From assembly GCF_000018105.1 (NCBI RefSeq), contig NC_009927.1, positions 270,001 to 302,000 of the forward strand: a stretch of DNA of 32,000 nt, in the 5' to 3' direction. Made by a program: the position numbers and the translations under genes. The stretch is from Acaryochloris marina MBIC11017. GTDB taxonomy: Bacteria; Cyanobacteriota; Cyanobacteriia; Thermosynechococcales; Thermosynechococcaceae. The notes beneath the pieces were generated by a model, which saw nothing but the letters and a program-made list of their open reading frames with translations, did no database searches and was not told where the DNA came from. Positions 1 through 8,640 of the stretch are shown in pieces (positions within the stretch are counted from its first letter, which is position 1; each line of letters starts with the position of its first letter).

Positions 1-50
1 AAAAACTTATTATAAATAATAGCAAAAAGTATTTATATCAGTTTTATTTT

Positions 51-347
51 GTGTTACTTATTGTTTTTATTTGTAGCCATGGTTTTGACATAAAAAGCCT
101 CCCTCTCATAAGAACAGTAGTTAACTACGCAAGTATGAATTCAAATCAGTTATTATTTACGTGGATATCATATATAATATTAATACTATATGCCTTTTTA
201 ATTCAAAATACAACTAGCACTTTAAAAAATAGTCTCCAATCAAAAAATTTAAGGAAAAAGACATTAAAGCGATTATTTATAGGATTTATAGCCTTTTTAA
301 CTTTCTCTGGCTTAGAATCTTTAATTTGGAGAATGTTGGAATTTTAG
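51..347 (+). CDS. hypothetical small hydrophobic protein (weak call)
   Basis: 98-aa ORF in very AT-rich DNA with hydrophobic stretches (LLIVFICS, ISYIILILYAFLI, FIGFIAFLTF). No family recognised; may be a spurious AT-rich ORF. Confidence 0.25.
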   Translation: MLLIVFICSHGFDIKSLPLIRTVVNYASMNSNQLLFTWISYIILILYAFLIQNTTSTLKNSLQSKNLRKKTLKRLFIGFIAFLTFSGLESLIWRMLEF

Positions 348-535
348 TTAGTTCACTACTCTTGTAACCGTCGAAATTTTTATAAATCATTGAAGTCAAA
401 TAGACCTTTTGCAATATTCAATTCATGATGCATTGCTTACTCAATTTATGCCGCGATCTGACTTGAATATATATTCCTCTACCATATCGGTAGGTGAATT
501 ATGAAAGAGGTCAACTGGATACCTCAAAGTTTCCT

Positions 536-964
536 TCAGTTTTCATCACCCCAAACCCTACTCACCCTTTCCCGCTCCAACCACACCCCGATCATCTCGA
601 TAGTTTCCCCTGGCCGCAGACTCAAAACCTGCAACACATCGAACTTGACCTCTAACTCCAAGGCGCACTCATAGCAAAACTTGGGCGTTTCAAACGGAAT
701 TCTGATGAATGGCTTACCACTGCCTTCGACGGTGATCAAATATTTCCCTGAACTGCTTCGGGAAACGGCCAAGTACTCAAGCTGGCCCTCTAGCTTGGTC
801 TGCTGAACCAGATTCTTTTGCTTGCTCTCAAGTTTATGAAATTTGGACTCAAATGCTCTGGAGACTCTAGAGGGCCGTGTTCTGCCTGCTGTATACCGAG
901 CGGAATACCTTCGCTGTGTGCTCCGAGTATGGCCTAAAACGACCGAAGCTGCGATATGGGGCAA
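536..964 (-). CDS. hypothetical protein, 5' end probably disrupted by the transposon end
   Basis: 142-aa ORF whose only N-terminal ATG lies inside the transposon terminal repeat (931-991). The first ~45 aa are basic low-complexity; the C-terminal ~95 aa look protein-like. No family recognised. Confidence 0.3.
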   Translation of the reverse strand: MPHIAASVVLGHTRSTQRRYSARYTAGRTRPSRVSRAFESKFHKLESKQKNLVQQTKLEGQLEYLAVSRSSSGKYLITVEGSGKPFIRIPFETPKFCYECALELEVKFDVLQVLSLRPGETIEMIGVWLERERVSRVWGDEN

Positions 965-991
965 TTTAGTATAGATGTACTTAAATGAGAG
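931..991. repeat. left terminal inverted repeat of the Tn3-family element
   Basis: GGCCTAAAACGACCGAAGCTGCGATAT followed by GGGGCAATTTAGTATAGATGTACTTAAATGAGAG. The GGGG-initiated ~34-nt part resembles the classic Tn3-family IR layout. A near-perfect inverted copy lies at 8780-8840. Confidence 0.75.
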
Positions 992-1012
992 GCGATTCTG
1001 TCACAATTACCG

Positions 1013-1513
1013 TCAGCCCTCCTTCTCCACATGGAGCGCTTTTAGGGCTTGATAAGCCGTTCCACAATACGGACAGAATCGATGCTTGAGAGACGCAATC
1101 CGTTCATCACAATTGACACATCTGTCTCGAAGTTGCGTACCGCAAACATAGCAGTATTGAGCACGGCTATGAAGCCAGATTGAATCTGGAGGCGTTCCCG
1201 GCCGCCAACAGTGAGGGCAAAACCGAATCCCTTGGTTGGGACTAACCACCGTTCCACGACAGACCGCATCAAGATAATCACTGGGAATTTGGAGGGCAGC
1301 TGCTAATCCTTGTTTCGTTTTCCGATTCAAGGAACTGGTTTTATTGCGTTCTAGCTTGCCATAGCTTTGGGCATGGACCCCTGCCTTTATCGCCACTTCC
1401 TTTTGGGACAAACCGAGCGTTGTTCGGAGACGATGGACATAATCACCCAAGGATTCTCCAGCTTGTGGAACCGAGCTAGATTCTAAACGCTGCATTACAA
1501 GCTTACTCATCAA
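1013..1513 (-). CDS. XRE-family helix-turn-helix protein with C-terminal double zinc-ribbon
   Basis: N-terminal HTH signature (LRTTLGLSQKEVAIKAGVHAQSYGKLERN). The C-terminus carries four CxxC pairs (CPHCW, CYVCG, CVNCD, CPYCG). Divergent from the recombinase gene inside the transposon. Confidence 0.7.
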   Translation of the reverse strand: MMSKLVMQRLESSSVPQAGESLGDYVHRLRTTLGLSQKEVAIKAGVHAQSYGKLERNKTSSLNRKTKQGLAAALQIPSDYLDAVCRGTVVSPNQGIRFCPHCWRPGTPPDSIWLHSRAQYCYVCGTQLRDRCVNCDERIASLKHRFCPYCGTAYQALKALHVEKEG

Positions 1514-1576
1514 TCATTCATCAGAGGTATACTTCATGCGGCTGTTGGAGCCTTAAGACTTAACAGAAAGATCATC

Positions 1577-2473
1577 ATGTCCAAGCCTTTGGCAATGGTT
1601 ACAACCGAGTTTTTAGATCGCCCTGGCTTAGCTGCCAGCACGGTTCGCTCCTACGAATTCACCTTATTGCCTTTGCTTCAACAATATGGTCAGTGGTCCT
1701 TAGAATTACTCGACCGACAGACCCTAGAAGAATATCTCAATTCCTTGAGCCATCTATCGTTCAAGACTCATCATCGTCACCAAGCCATCCTACAAGCACT
1801 CCTCAACTTTGCAGTTGAGCAAGGATACCTGCGGTCTAATCCAATGACCCGTATGAAACGGCGTAAGCCAGATCCTGCTAAAGGAGAGCATGACTCAGAC
1901 CAGATCATTCGATACCTAACCCCAGACCAACTACAGCTGCAATACCAACTGGTCAGCAAAGATGCTCGTACTGCGGCTCTTGTCCGCTTACTTCATCGCA
2001 CCGGTGCCCGCATTTCTGAGCTACTTAGCTTAGACCTTGAAGCACTGGATCTGGAACAGCGCAAGTTCCAAGTGATTGGCAAAGGCAACCGACAACGGTG
2101 GTGTTTTTACAGTGAAGATGCAGCGGAAGTTTTGCAGAAATATTTGGCAGAGTATCGGCACCCCGGATCTCCGGCGCTGTTTACCGCACAGCAATACTTA
2201 AGTGACCAGGTGAATCGACTCAGTTATCGGAGTGCCCACCATAATTGGAAGCAGCTCATCAAGGGCCATCCAACATTAGCTGGAACTCGGCTCCATGATC
2301 TGCGCCATACATTTGCCACCGAGAGAGTGGGCATCATCGCCCTAGAAGAGCTCAGGGCCTTGATGGGTCATCAGAGTATTCAGACAACCTTGCGCTACCA
2401 AAAGGTCACTTCTGAGCAAGCACAAAATGCGGCTCAAAGAGCCTTCGATAAACTCTCTCAAACCACCCTTTAA
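1577..2473 (+). CDS. tyrosine site-specific recombinase (TnpI/XerC-like, likely cointegrate resolvase of the transposon)
   Basis: 298 aa with catalytic signature TGARISELLSL (Arg), HDLRHTFA (His-x-x-Arg) and GHQSIQTTLRY (His...Tyr). It sits just upstream of tnpA, as in tyrosine-recombinase Tn3-family members such as Tn4430. Confidence 0.85.
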   Translation: MSKPLAMVTTEFLDRPGLAASTVRSYEFTLLPLLQQYGQWSLELLDRQTLEEYLNSLSHLSFKTHHRHQAILQALLNFAVEQGYLRSNPMTRMKRRKPDPAKGEHDSDQIIRYLTPDQLQLQYQLVSKDARTAALVRLLHRTGARISELLSLDLEALDLEQRKFQVIGKGNRQRWCFYSEDAAEVLQKYLAEYRHPGSPALFTAQQYLSDQVNRLSYRSAHHNWKQLIKGHPTLAGTRLHDLRHTFATERVGIIALEELRALMGHQSIQTTLRYQKVTSEQAQNAAQRAFDKLSQTTL

Positions 2474-2678
2474 GGAGAGTTTGGTATTCCCTGAGAAATT
2501 GTCTTTATCTATGTCTATACAAGAATAGAGCCAAATTTAGAGAGTATGGACAGTACTGTGCAAGTGCAGACTATGAGTCAATTTAAAAGCCTGGGATCCT
2601 TGCTAAGGGCTACAGCAATAGCGGGACATACATCTTTGGATTCATCTGCAAAATCCGCTATCTTGTCGCGAGTGAGGA

Positions 2679-4844
2679 ATGAGTGGAGCAAGCGATATGA
2701 AGCGTCAATGGCAACCAGATGAACTGATTGAATCCTTCATTCTGTTGCCCAATGAGTTGGCGCTTATTCCCAATTATCAGACCAACGCCACGGAGCATAA
2801 CCAGCTGGGTTTCGCTGTTCTGCTGAAATTCTTTCAACTTGAAGGTCGCTTCCCCAAGCACCTGGGCGAGATTCCTCAGATCGTTGTGGAGTTCATTGCC
2901 AAACAACTAAAGCTGACGCATCAAAGCTTGGTTGATTACAAGTGGAAAGGCCGGACTATCAAGGAGCATCGAGCTATCATCCGTTCCTTTCTCGGATGTC
3001 GTCCCACCCAGCGACCCGAAAAGAAGTCATTGATGACCTGGCTCAAAGAGAAAGTGATGCCTCTGGGGCTCCATTTGAATGCGATTCGAGAGCAAGCCTA
3101 TCAACGTCTGCGTCACCTTAAGCTTGAACCCCCTTCCCCCAAAGAATTGACCCGGCTTATCAGCTCAGCTGCCCACAACCATGAACAGGACTTTTGCCAA
3201 ACCATTGCGGCACGACTCCCAGCAGATACTCGAAAAAGGATGGATGCTTTATTAGAAACAGAATTCACCCGAGACCATGAGGAAAGTCAGTTCCGGCAGT
3301 CCGACTTCAACCGTCTCAAGTCAGATCCGGGGCGTCTAGGCCTGAAAAGTCTCTTCAATGAAATCGATAAGCTGCAAAGTATCCGACAGATTCAGCTGCC
3401 TACAGATCTATTTGCCTCCTATTCTCCTAAGCTGATTGAGCAATATCGGCGTCGAGCCTCAGCCGACCTGGCGGGACGCCTACGCCGCCACCCAAAGGCC
3501 ATTCGCTACACTCTCATTGCTTCGTTCTGTTATCAACGCGAAAAAGAGATCACTGATAATCTAGTCGATTTGCTAGTCCAGATCATCCATCGTCTTAGCA
3601 TCAGTGCCGAGCGTCGTGTAGAGCGAGAACTGATCGCTAATTTCAAACGCGTCAATAATAAAGAGGCCCTTCTATACCGAATTGCGGAAGCGGCCTTAGC
3701 CAATCCAGATCAACCCGTTAAAGAGGTGATCTTTCCGGTCGTTAGTCCCGATAAATTGACTAACGTAATTGAGGAGCGAAAACGAACCGGCATTACCTAC
3801 CGAGAAAAAGTGAATGTCAAGATTCGAGCCTCTTATTTGCATCACTATCGGCGGATGGTGCCGGCCATTTTGGAGACCCTGGATTTTCACTCCAACAACA
3901 AGCAGCATCGCCCTGTCATTGAGGCCATTGAATTGCTCAGGCAGTATCAGGGCAGTGGAAAGCGATACTTCACTGAGGATGAAAAGGTGATCACCACTGG
4001 TGTCCTAAAAAGCGGTTGGCGCGAGCTCGTCATCGAATCCAATTCCAAAGGCCAAGACCAGGTCAACCGCGTCAACTATGAAATCTGTGTCTTGCAAACG
4101 CTGCGAGACACACTGCGCTGTCGTGAAGTGTGGGTGATGGGTGCCAAACGCTACGGGAATCCTGATACGGATTTACCCCAAGATTTTGAAGCTCAACGAG
4201 AGCAGTACTATTTAGAACTCAACCAACCCTTGGATGCTGAAGCCTTCGTCACGAAACTGAAACTGGATATGACGGCAGCTCTGTCCTCCTTAAATACGAG
4301 CATCCCCAACGATCCACAGGTCAATATTCTGTCCCGAGGTAACGGCTGGATTAGTGTTACCCCCTACCCGGCTCAAGAGGAACCCAGTAATATCCACAAA
4401 CTGAAACAGGAGGTGGCGAAACGCTGGCCAATGACCAGCTTGTTGGACATCCTCAAGGAAACGGACCTGCGCGTTAATTTCACGGATCAGTTTCATACTG
4501 CAGCCTCCCGCCAACAGCTCCACGGTCCTACACTGCAAAAACGGTTATTGCTCTCTCTGTTTGGCTTAGGGACCAACATGGGCCTCAAACGAGTCTGTGC
4601 TGGGATTGCTGATGAAAGCTATCCCAATTTGCTCTACGTTAAACGTCAGTTCCTGCACCGAGAACATCTGCGCAATGCCATTGGTGAAGTTGTAAATGCC
4701 ACCCTCAAAGCTCGGTTGGGAAACCTTTGGGGAGAGGCGACAACGGCCTGTGCTTCTGACTCCAAAAAGTTTGGAGCGTGGGACCAGAATCTAATGACCG
4801 AATGGCACAGCCGTTATGGGGGCCGGGGTGTGATGATCTACTGG
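2679..4844 (+). CDS. tnpA: Tn3-family DDE transposase, exon 1 (722 codons)
   Basis: Long ORF ending ...[14 protein letters not shown], immediately followed by the GTGCG intron 5' end at 4845. The start may instead be the ATG at 2697 ([10 protein letters not shown]...). Confidence 0.85.
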
Positions 4845-5473
4845 GTGCGATTCGTTGGCTAGAAACTAGACCTGAATAGGGTTTGAGGGGATTAGCCGCA
4901 AGCGTAAAGAAGGGGAAAATATCCCAACTGTACCTTGACAACTTAATAGCCATATAGGTGAGAGTCAGTATCCTAGACCGCTCTAGTCCTATCCCGCAGG
5001 TGCAGCGGTGACAGCATTTCCCCCAGGTTCGCGACTAGCCATCAACGCCTGAAGCGGGGAAAAAAGGAGGTAACAGGGAGCCTAGCTCTGAACCCCTTCG
5101 AGCAAGAACTTATGAGTAGCGAAAGCGAAGATGTGGTTAACCCACCGTAATCATTAACCAGCGAAATTAGGTTGATAACGCTGGGAGTCCCAAAAGGGCA
5201 AGGATATACGGAGCTGGCGTGTCCAGTAGCGACCAGTTAGCACTTCCAATAAACCCGGTGGAGCGCATCACTCTAACAGTTCAATCAATGGCTATTAGGA
5301 ACGAAGTAACCCCCGCCTATCTCTCTTGGAGGTCGATTGGCTAAGAGTAGGTGCTAACCAGAAGTTAGGCGGTGGGAAGGATTGGGTCAAAAGCAAAAGC
5401 CCCACTGTAATGGTGAGGATAAGCAGACAGACTCACGGTGACTTGGAATGAATAGGAACAAGTAGCAATAAAT

Positions 5474-7204
5474 ATGTCTAAAGCACGGGTCAAACCGATG
5501 ATGGAATGGAGCGCAATCCCCTGGCCAAAACTAGAGCGGAAAGTGTTTAAGTTGCAAAAGCGCATATTCAGAGCCAGACAACGTGGCGATGTCAAAGTAG
5601 TACATAGACTCCAGAAAACTCTGATGAGGTCCTGGTCAGCCAAATGCCTTTCAGTTAGACGGGTCACACAAGACAACCAGGGAAAAAAGACGGCAGGTGT
5701 GGATGGAGTTAAATCTCTGTCCCCAGAAGCTCGTCTGCCCCTAGTGGGTCAACTTAAACTCGGCTCAAAGGCCCCTCCCACCAGACGGGTGTGGATTCCT
5801 AAACCAGGAAAAGACGAACAACGTCCTTTGGGTATACCGACCCTGTATGAAAGGGCAAGAATGACACTAGTCAAACTAGCCCTGGAACCTGAATGGGAAG
5901 CGGTTTTCGAACCAAACTCCTATGGTTCAAGACCAGGCCGTTCATGTCATGACGCGATAGAACAAATTTTTGCAGCCATTAAACAGAAAGCAAAATATGT
6001 GTTGGACGCTGATATAGCCCAATGTTTTGACCGAATAAACCACGAAGCACTGCTCAAAAAGCTGAAGACCTTTCCCACTCTACGCCGACAAATAAAAACT
6101 TGGCTAAAAGCTGGGGTAATTGATGGTCATCAGTTCTTACAGACATCTGAAGGAGCACCTCAAGGGGGGACTATCTCTCCTTTGTTGGCAAATGTAGCCC
6201 TCCATGGCCTAGAGTATCGAATCAAGCAAGCCTTTCCTATCAGAAAGATTGCCGACGGGAATAAGCGAAAAAGAATTGCTACTCCTGATGTCATTCGATA
6301 CTGTGATGACTTCGTGATTCTTCACGAGGATTTATCCGTAGTTCAAAGATGTCAGAGCTTAGTTCATGAGTGGCTAAAAGACATGGGGTTGGAACTAAAA
6401 CCTAGCAAAACGCATATATCCCATACTCTCAAAAGGTATGAAGCTGAAAACCCTGGATTTGATTTTCTAGGATTCTCAGTTAGACAATTCCCGGTCGGTC
6501 AACATCAATCGGGGAGATTATGCGGGACATTGCTGGGATTTAAGACCATCATTACCCCCAGTCGAAAGAAGCAAAAAGTACATTACAATCGGCTCGTTAG
6601 TATCATCAACGCCCATAAGGCAGCGCCGCAAGCGGCATTAATCCGCCACCTCAATCCCGTGATTAGAGGATGGACGAGATATTATTCGACCATGGCTAGT
6701 AAAGAGACCTTCTCCCGTCTAGACCATTTACTGTATCAAAAGCTTCAAACATGGGCTAACCACCGCCATCCTGGCAAATCCAGGAAATGGGTGGTGAATA
6801 AATATTGGCAAACTGTCGGGGGAGATAAATGGGTCTTCGCGACTAGAGTAACTAAATCTAGAACCGAAAAATTACTCAAACATCGACAGACTCCAATTAT
6901 CCGCCATGTCAAAGTCAAGGGGGATGCAAGTCCCTACAATGGCAATCTAGTTTACTGGAGTTCAAGGACTGGGAAGCATCCAGAAGCTCCGAAGAGAGTA
7001 TCTATGCTCTTGAAGAAGCAGAAGGGGAAATGCGCTCAGTGCGGCATGTTCTTCCGAGAAGAAGATTTACTTGAAGTGGATCACATTCTCCCTACATCAA
7101 TGGGAGGATTGGACGTATACAAGAATCTTCAACTACTACACAGACATTGTCATTATGTTAAAACGGCCAAGGAGAAGTCCTCTCAGGCCAAATGGTATGT
7201 ATGA
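5474..7204 (+). CDS. group II intron reverse transcriptase/maturase with C-terminal HNH endonuclease domain
   Basis: 576 aa. RT motifs include RRVWIPKPGKDEQRPLGIPTLYERA, VLDADIAQCFDRINH, GAPQGGTISPLLANVAL and IRYCDDFVILH (YxDD). The maturase X region has RGWTRYY. The HNH part reads CAQCG...EVDHILP...NLQLLHRHCH. Confidence 0.93.
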   Translation: MSKARVKPMMEWSAIPWPKLERKVFKLQKRIFRARQRGDVKVVHRLQKTLMRSWSAKCLSVRRVTQDNQGKKTAGVDGVKSLSPEARLPLVGQLKLGSKAPPTRRVWIPKPGKDEQRPLGIPTLYERARMTLVKLALEPEWEAVFEPNSYGSRPGRSCHDAIEQIFAAIKQKAKYVLDADIAQCFDRINHEALLKKLKTFPTLRRQIKTWLKAGVIDGHQFLQTSEGAPQGGTISPLLANVALHGLEYRIKQAFPIRKIADGNKRKRIATPDVIRYCDDFVILHEDLSVVQRCQSLVHEWLKDMGLELKPSKTHISHTLKRYEAENPGFDFLGFSVRQFPVGQHQSGRLCGTLLGFKTIITPSRKKQKVHYNRLVSIINAHKAAPQAALIRHLNPVIRGWTRYYSTMASKETFSRLDHLLYQKLQTWANHRHPGKSRKWVVNKYWQTVGGDKWVFATRVTKSRTEKLLKHRQTPIIRHVKVKGDASPYNGNLVYWSSRTGKHPEAPKRVSMLLKKQKGKCAQCGMFFREEDLLEVDHILPTSMGGLDVYKNLQLLHRHCHYVKTAKEKSSQAKWYV

Positions 7205-7223
7205 CAAGCACCAAGCCACTGAG

Positions 7224-7257
7224 GAGCCGTGTAAATCGAAAGATTTACGCACGGTTT
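7224..7257 (+). ncRNA. group II intron domain V
   Basis: A 34-nt hairpin, GAGCCGTGTAAATCGAAAGATTTACGCACGGTTT, with the AGC catalytic triad at positions 2-4 and a GAAA tetraloop. Confidence 0.8.
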
Positions 7258-7298
7258 TGAAGCCAAGTCGGAGGAGTGATCCTCCGGCTTAGGTTAAC

Positions 7299-8117
7299 CA
7301 CGTTGAAAAGAAGTCGTTGTGCGTCTACTCGCAACTGAAAAACTGTTCCTCTTCTGAGGTTTCATCCATGCTCACTGGGCTGTTGCGACACAACACAGAT
7401 CTGAAGCTGGAGAAGAACTATGTTGATACTCATGGCCAGAGTGAGCTGGGCTTTGCCTTCTGCCATCTTCTGGGGTTTCAGTTGATGCCCCGTTTCAAAC
7501 GCATTGGTGTTCAAAAGCTCTCTTTGCCAGAGGCAGGAACGAAAGCAGCCTATCCCAATCTCAAGCTGATATTGTCGAAGGCGATTGACTGGGATCTGGT
7601 GGCTCAGCAGTATGACCAAGCCATCAAGTACGCGACGGCATTGAGGTTGGGGACGGCTGAGGCGGAAGATATTTTCCGGCGCTTTGGGAATGCGGAGATT
7701 CAGCATCCGACGCATAAGGCACTGCTGGAGATAGGCAAGGCGGTCAAAACTATTTTCCTGTGTCAGTATCTATCGTCTGAAGCACTCAGAGTGGAAATCA
7801 ATGAGGGGCTGAATGTGGTGGAACGATGGAATGGGGCCAATGACTTTATCTACTTTGGTCGGGGTGGTGAGTTCGCGACCAATAAGCGGGAGAATCAAGA
7901 GCTGTCGGCACTGGCCTTGCACCTGCTTCAAGTCAGTATGATCTACATCAATACGCTGATGATTCAGAATGTGCTCAGTGAACCACAATGGATGCAGAGA
8001 ATGAAAACAGAGGACTTGAGGGCTTTGTGCCCCCTGATCTGGAATCATGTGACGCCCTATGGATGGTTCAATCTTGATTTCACACAACGGATGGCACTCG
8101 ATGTTGCCTGGAGGTAA
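7299..8117 (+). CDS. tnpA: Tn3-family DDE transposase, exon 2 (272 codons + stop)
   Basis: The in-frame continuation HVEKKSLCVYSQLKNCSSSEV...VDTHGQSELGFAFCHLLGFQLMPRFK matches the conserved catalytic-domain pattern of Tn3 transposases (Y-x-HV..., DTxGQS, LLG..LMPR). Confidence 0.85.
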   Translation, partial: HVEKKSLCVYSQLKNCSSSEVSSMLTGLLRHNTDLKLEKNYVDTHGQSELGFAFCHLLGFQLMPRFKRIGVQKLSLPEAGTKAAYPNLKLILSKAIDWDLVAQQYDQAIKYATALRLGTAEAEDIFRRFGNAEIQHPTHKALLEIGKAVKTIFLCQYLSSEALRVEINEGLNVVERWNGANDFIYFGRGGEFATNKRENQELSALALHLLQVSMIYINTLMIQNVLSEPQWMQRMKTEDLRALCPLIWNHVTPYGWFNLDFTQRMALDVAWR

Positions 8118-8119
8118 AC

Positions 8120-8182
8120 CTAAATGGATGTAATTGCTTAGTACTAAATGGTGCGATATCGCAGCTTCGGTCGTTTTAAGCC
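8120..8182. repeat. right terminal repeat of the transposon (outer part conserved, inner part degenerate)
   Basis: The outer 27 nt (8156-8182, ATATCGCAGCTTCGGTCGTTTTAAGCC) match the inverse of 931-957 with one mismatch. Of the inner part, only the 8-nt core (TACTAAAT at 8142-8149, inverse ATTTAGTA in the left IR) is retained and the GGGG is lost. Confidence 0.55.
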
Positions 8183-8229
8183 TATCTCTGACAGTGCTCT
8201 CAGGTTAGGCGGGTCGTCTATCTCGATGG

Positions 8230-8568
8230 TCATGGCTCCCCCTCTACAAGCTTTTCGGCTGCGATGTGATAGTACATCTCGTAGTCTTCGCGCTCATCTT
8301 TCCCCCACTGTTTGTGGTCGTACTCGTCAGAGCGGCCTTTCTGCACGTACTCACTGAATTCGTAGTGGACGTCAACGGAACCCGTCACACAGAACACTAT
8401 TGTCCCAGCTTCTTCGTAAGCGTCTACGCTCAGGTCAAAGTTATCGAAGTCGGCAGTGACTGAGGCATCGCCTTCAATGGGGTTGCCCTGGTGTCCATTA
8501 GCAGCTTCTATGTCTTCCTGGGCTCGTTCTAGCACGTATTCATCGGTGATGTGAACGGGTCGCTTCAT
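8230..8568 (-). CDS. hypothetical acidic protein
   Basis: 112-aa ORF rich in D/E, lying between two transposon-end copies. No family recognised. Confidence 0.4.
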   Translation of the reverse strand: MKRPVHITDEYVLERAQEDIEAANGHQGNPIEGDASVTADFDNFDLSVDAYEEAGTIVFCVTGSVDVHYEFSEYVQKGRSDEYDHKQWGKDEREDYEMYYHIAAEKLVEGEP

Positions 8569-8640
8569 GGTTTCTTCCCGGGGAGGTGGTTATGGGCCTG
8601 TGGTTGTGGAATGATCTCGGAAATAATTGTAATGTTATTA

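Larger units (their letters stand above)
4845..7298 (+). mobile_element. group II intron (2454 nt) with intron-encoded protein
   Basis: 5' GTGCG at 4845 and 3' end ...TTAAC at 7298. Domain V lies at 7224-7257, and domain VI has a bulged A at 7291. EBS1 CCAGTAG (5223-5229) is complementary to the last 7 exon nt CTACTGG (4838-4844). The RT ORF sits in domain IV. Confidence 0.88.
931..8182 (+). mobile_element. Tn3-family transposon (tyrosine-recombinase type), ~7.25 kb including a nested group II intron
   Basis: Terminal inverted repeats at 931-991 and 8120-8182. The internal genes are a Tn3-type DDE transposase (split), a tyrosine recombinase and an XRE/zinc-ribbon gene. tnpA stops at 8117, 3 nt before the right repeat. 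An alternative right boundary is 8840 (see findings). Confidence 0.8.

Noticed and set aside
516-526. 11-mer TGGATACCTCA shared with 31966-31976 as possible att/direct repeat of a large island
   Set aside because: A single 11-nt match between two sites in 32 kb is expected by chance and the flanks do not extend the match. The distal copy is the loop region of a local hairpin (CTTCAGTG...CACTGAAG, 31960-31982) that lacks a U-tract, so I did not call it a terminator either.
536-930. Possibility that ORF 536-964 is the missing distal part of tnpB (segment GQLEYLAVSRSSSGKYLITVEG resembles a TnpB beta-strand motif)
   Set aside because: No RuvC (D..G) or zinc-finger motifs follow, the ORF ends after ~70 more residues, and spacing to the 8841-9245 fragment does not fit. 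The similarity is too short to trust.
1042-4538. Antisense or overlapping ORFs 1042-1281, 1777-1959, 2658-2906, 3696-3908 and 4290-4538
   Set aside because: Each is nested in or opposite a much longer ORF with clear family motifs (XRE gene, recombinase, tnpA).
4705-5676. ORFs 4705-4953(-) and 5365-5676(-), and also 7071-7292(+)
   Set aside because: They lie within the structured RNA domains of the group II intron or overlap the IEP gene. No coding features.
7362-8087. ORFs 7362-7715(-) and 7770-8087(-)
   Set aside because: Antisense to tnpA exon 2, which has strong Tn3 transposase motifs.
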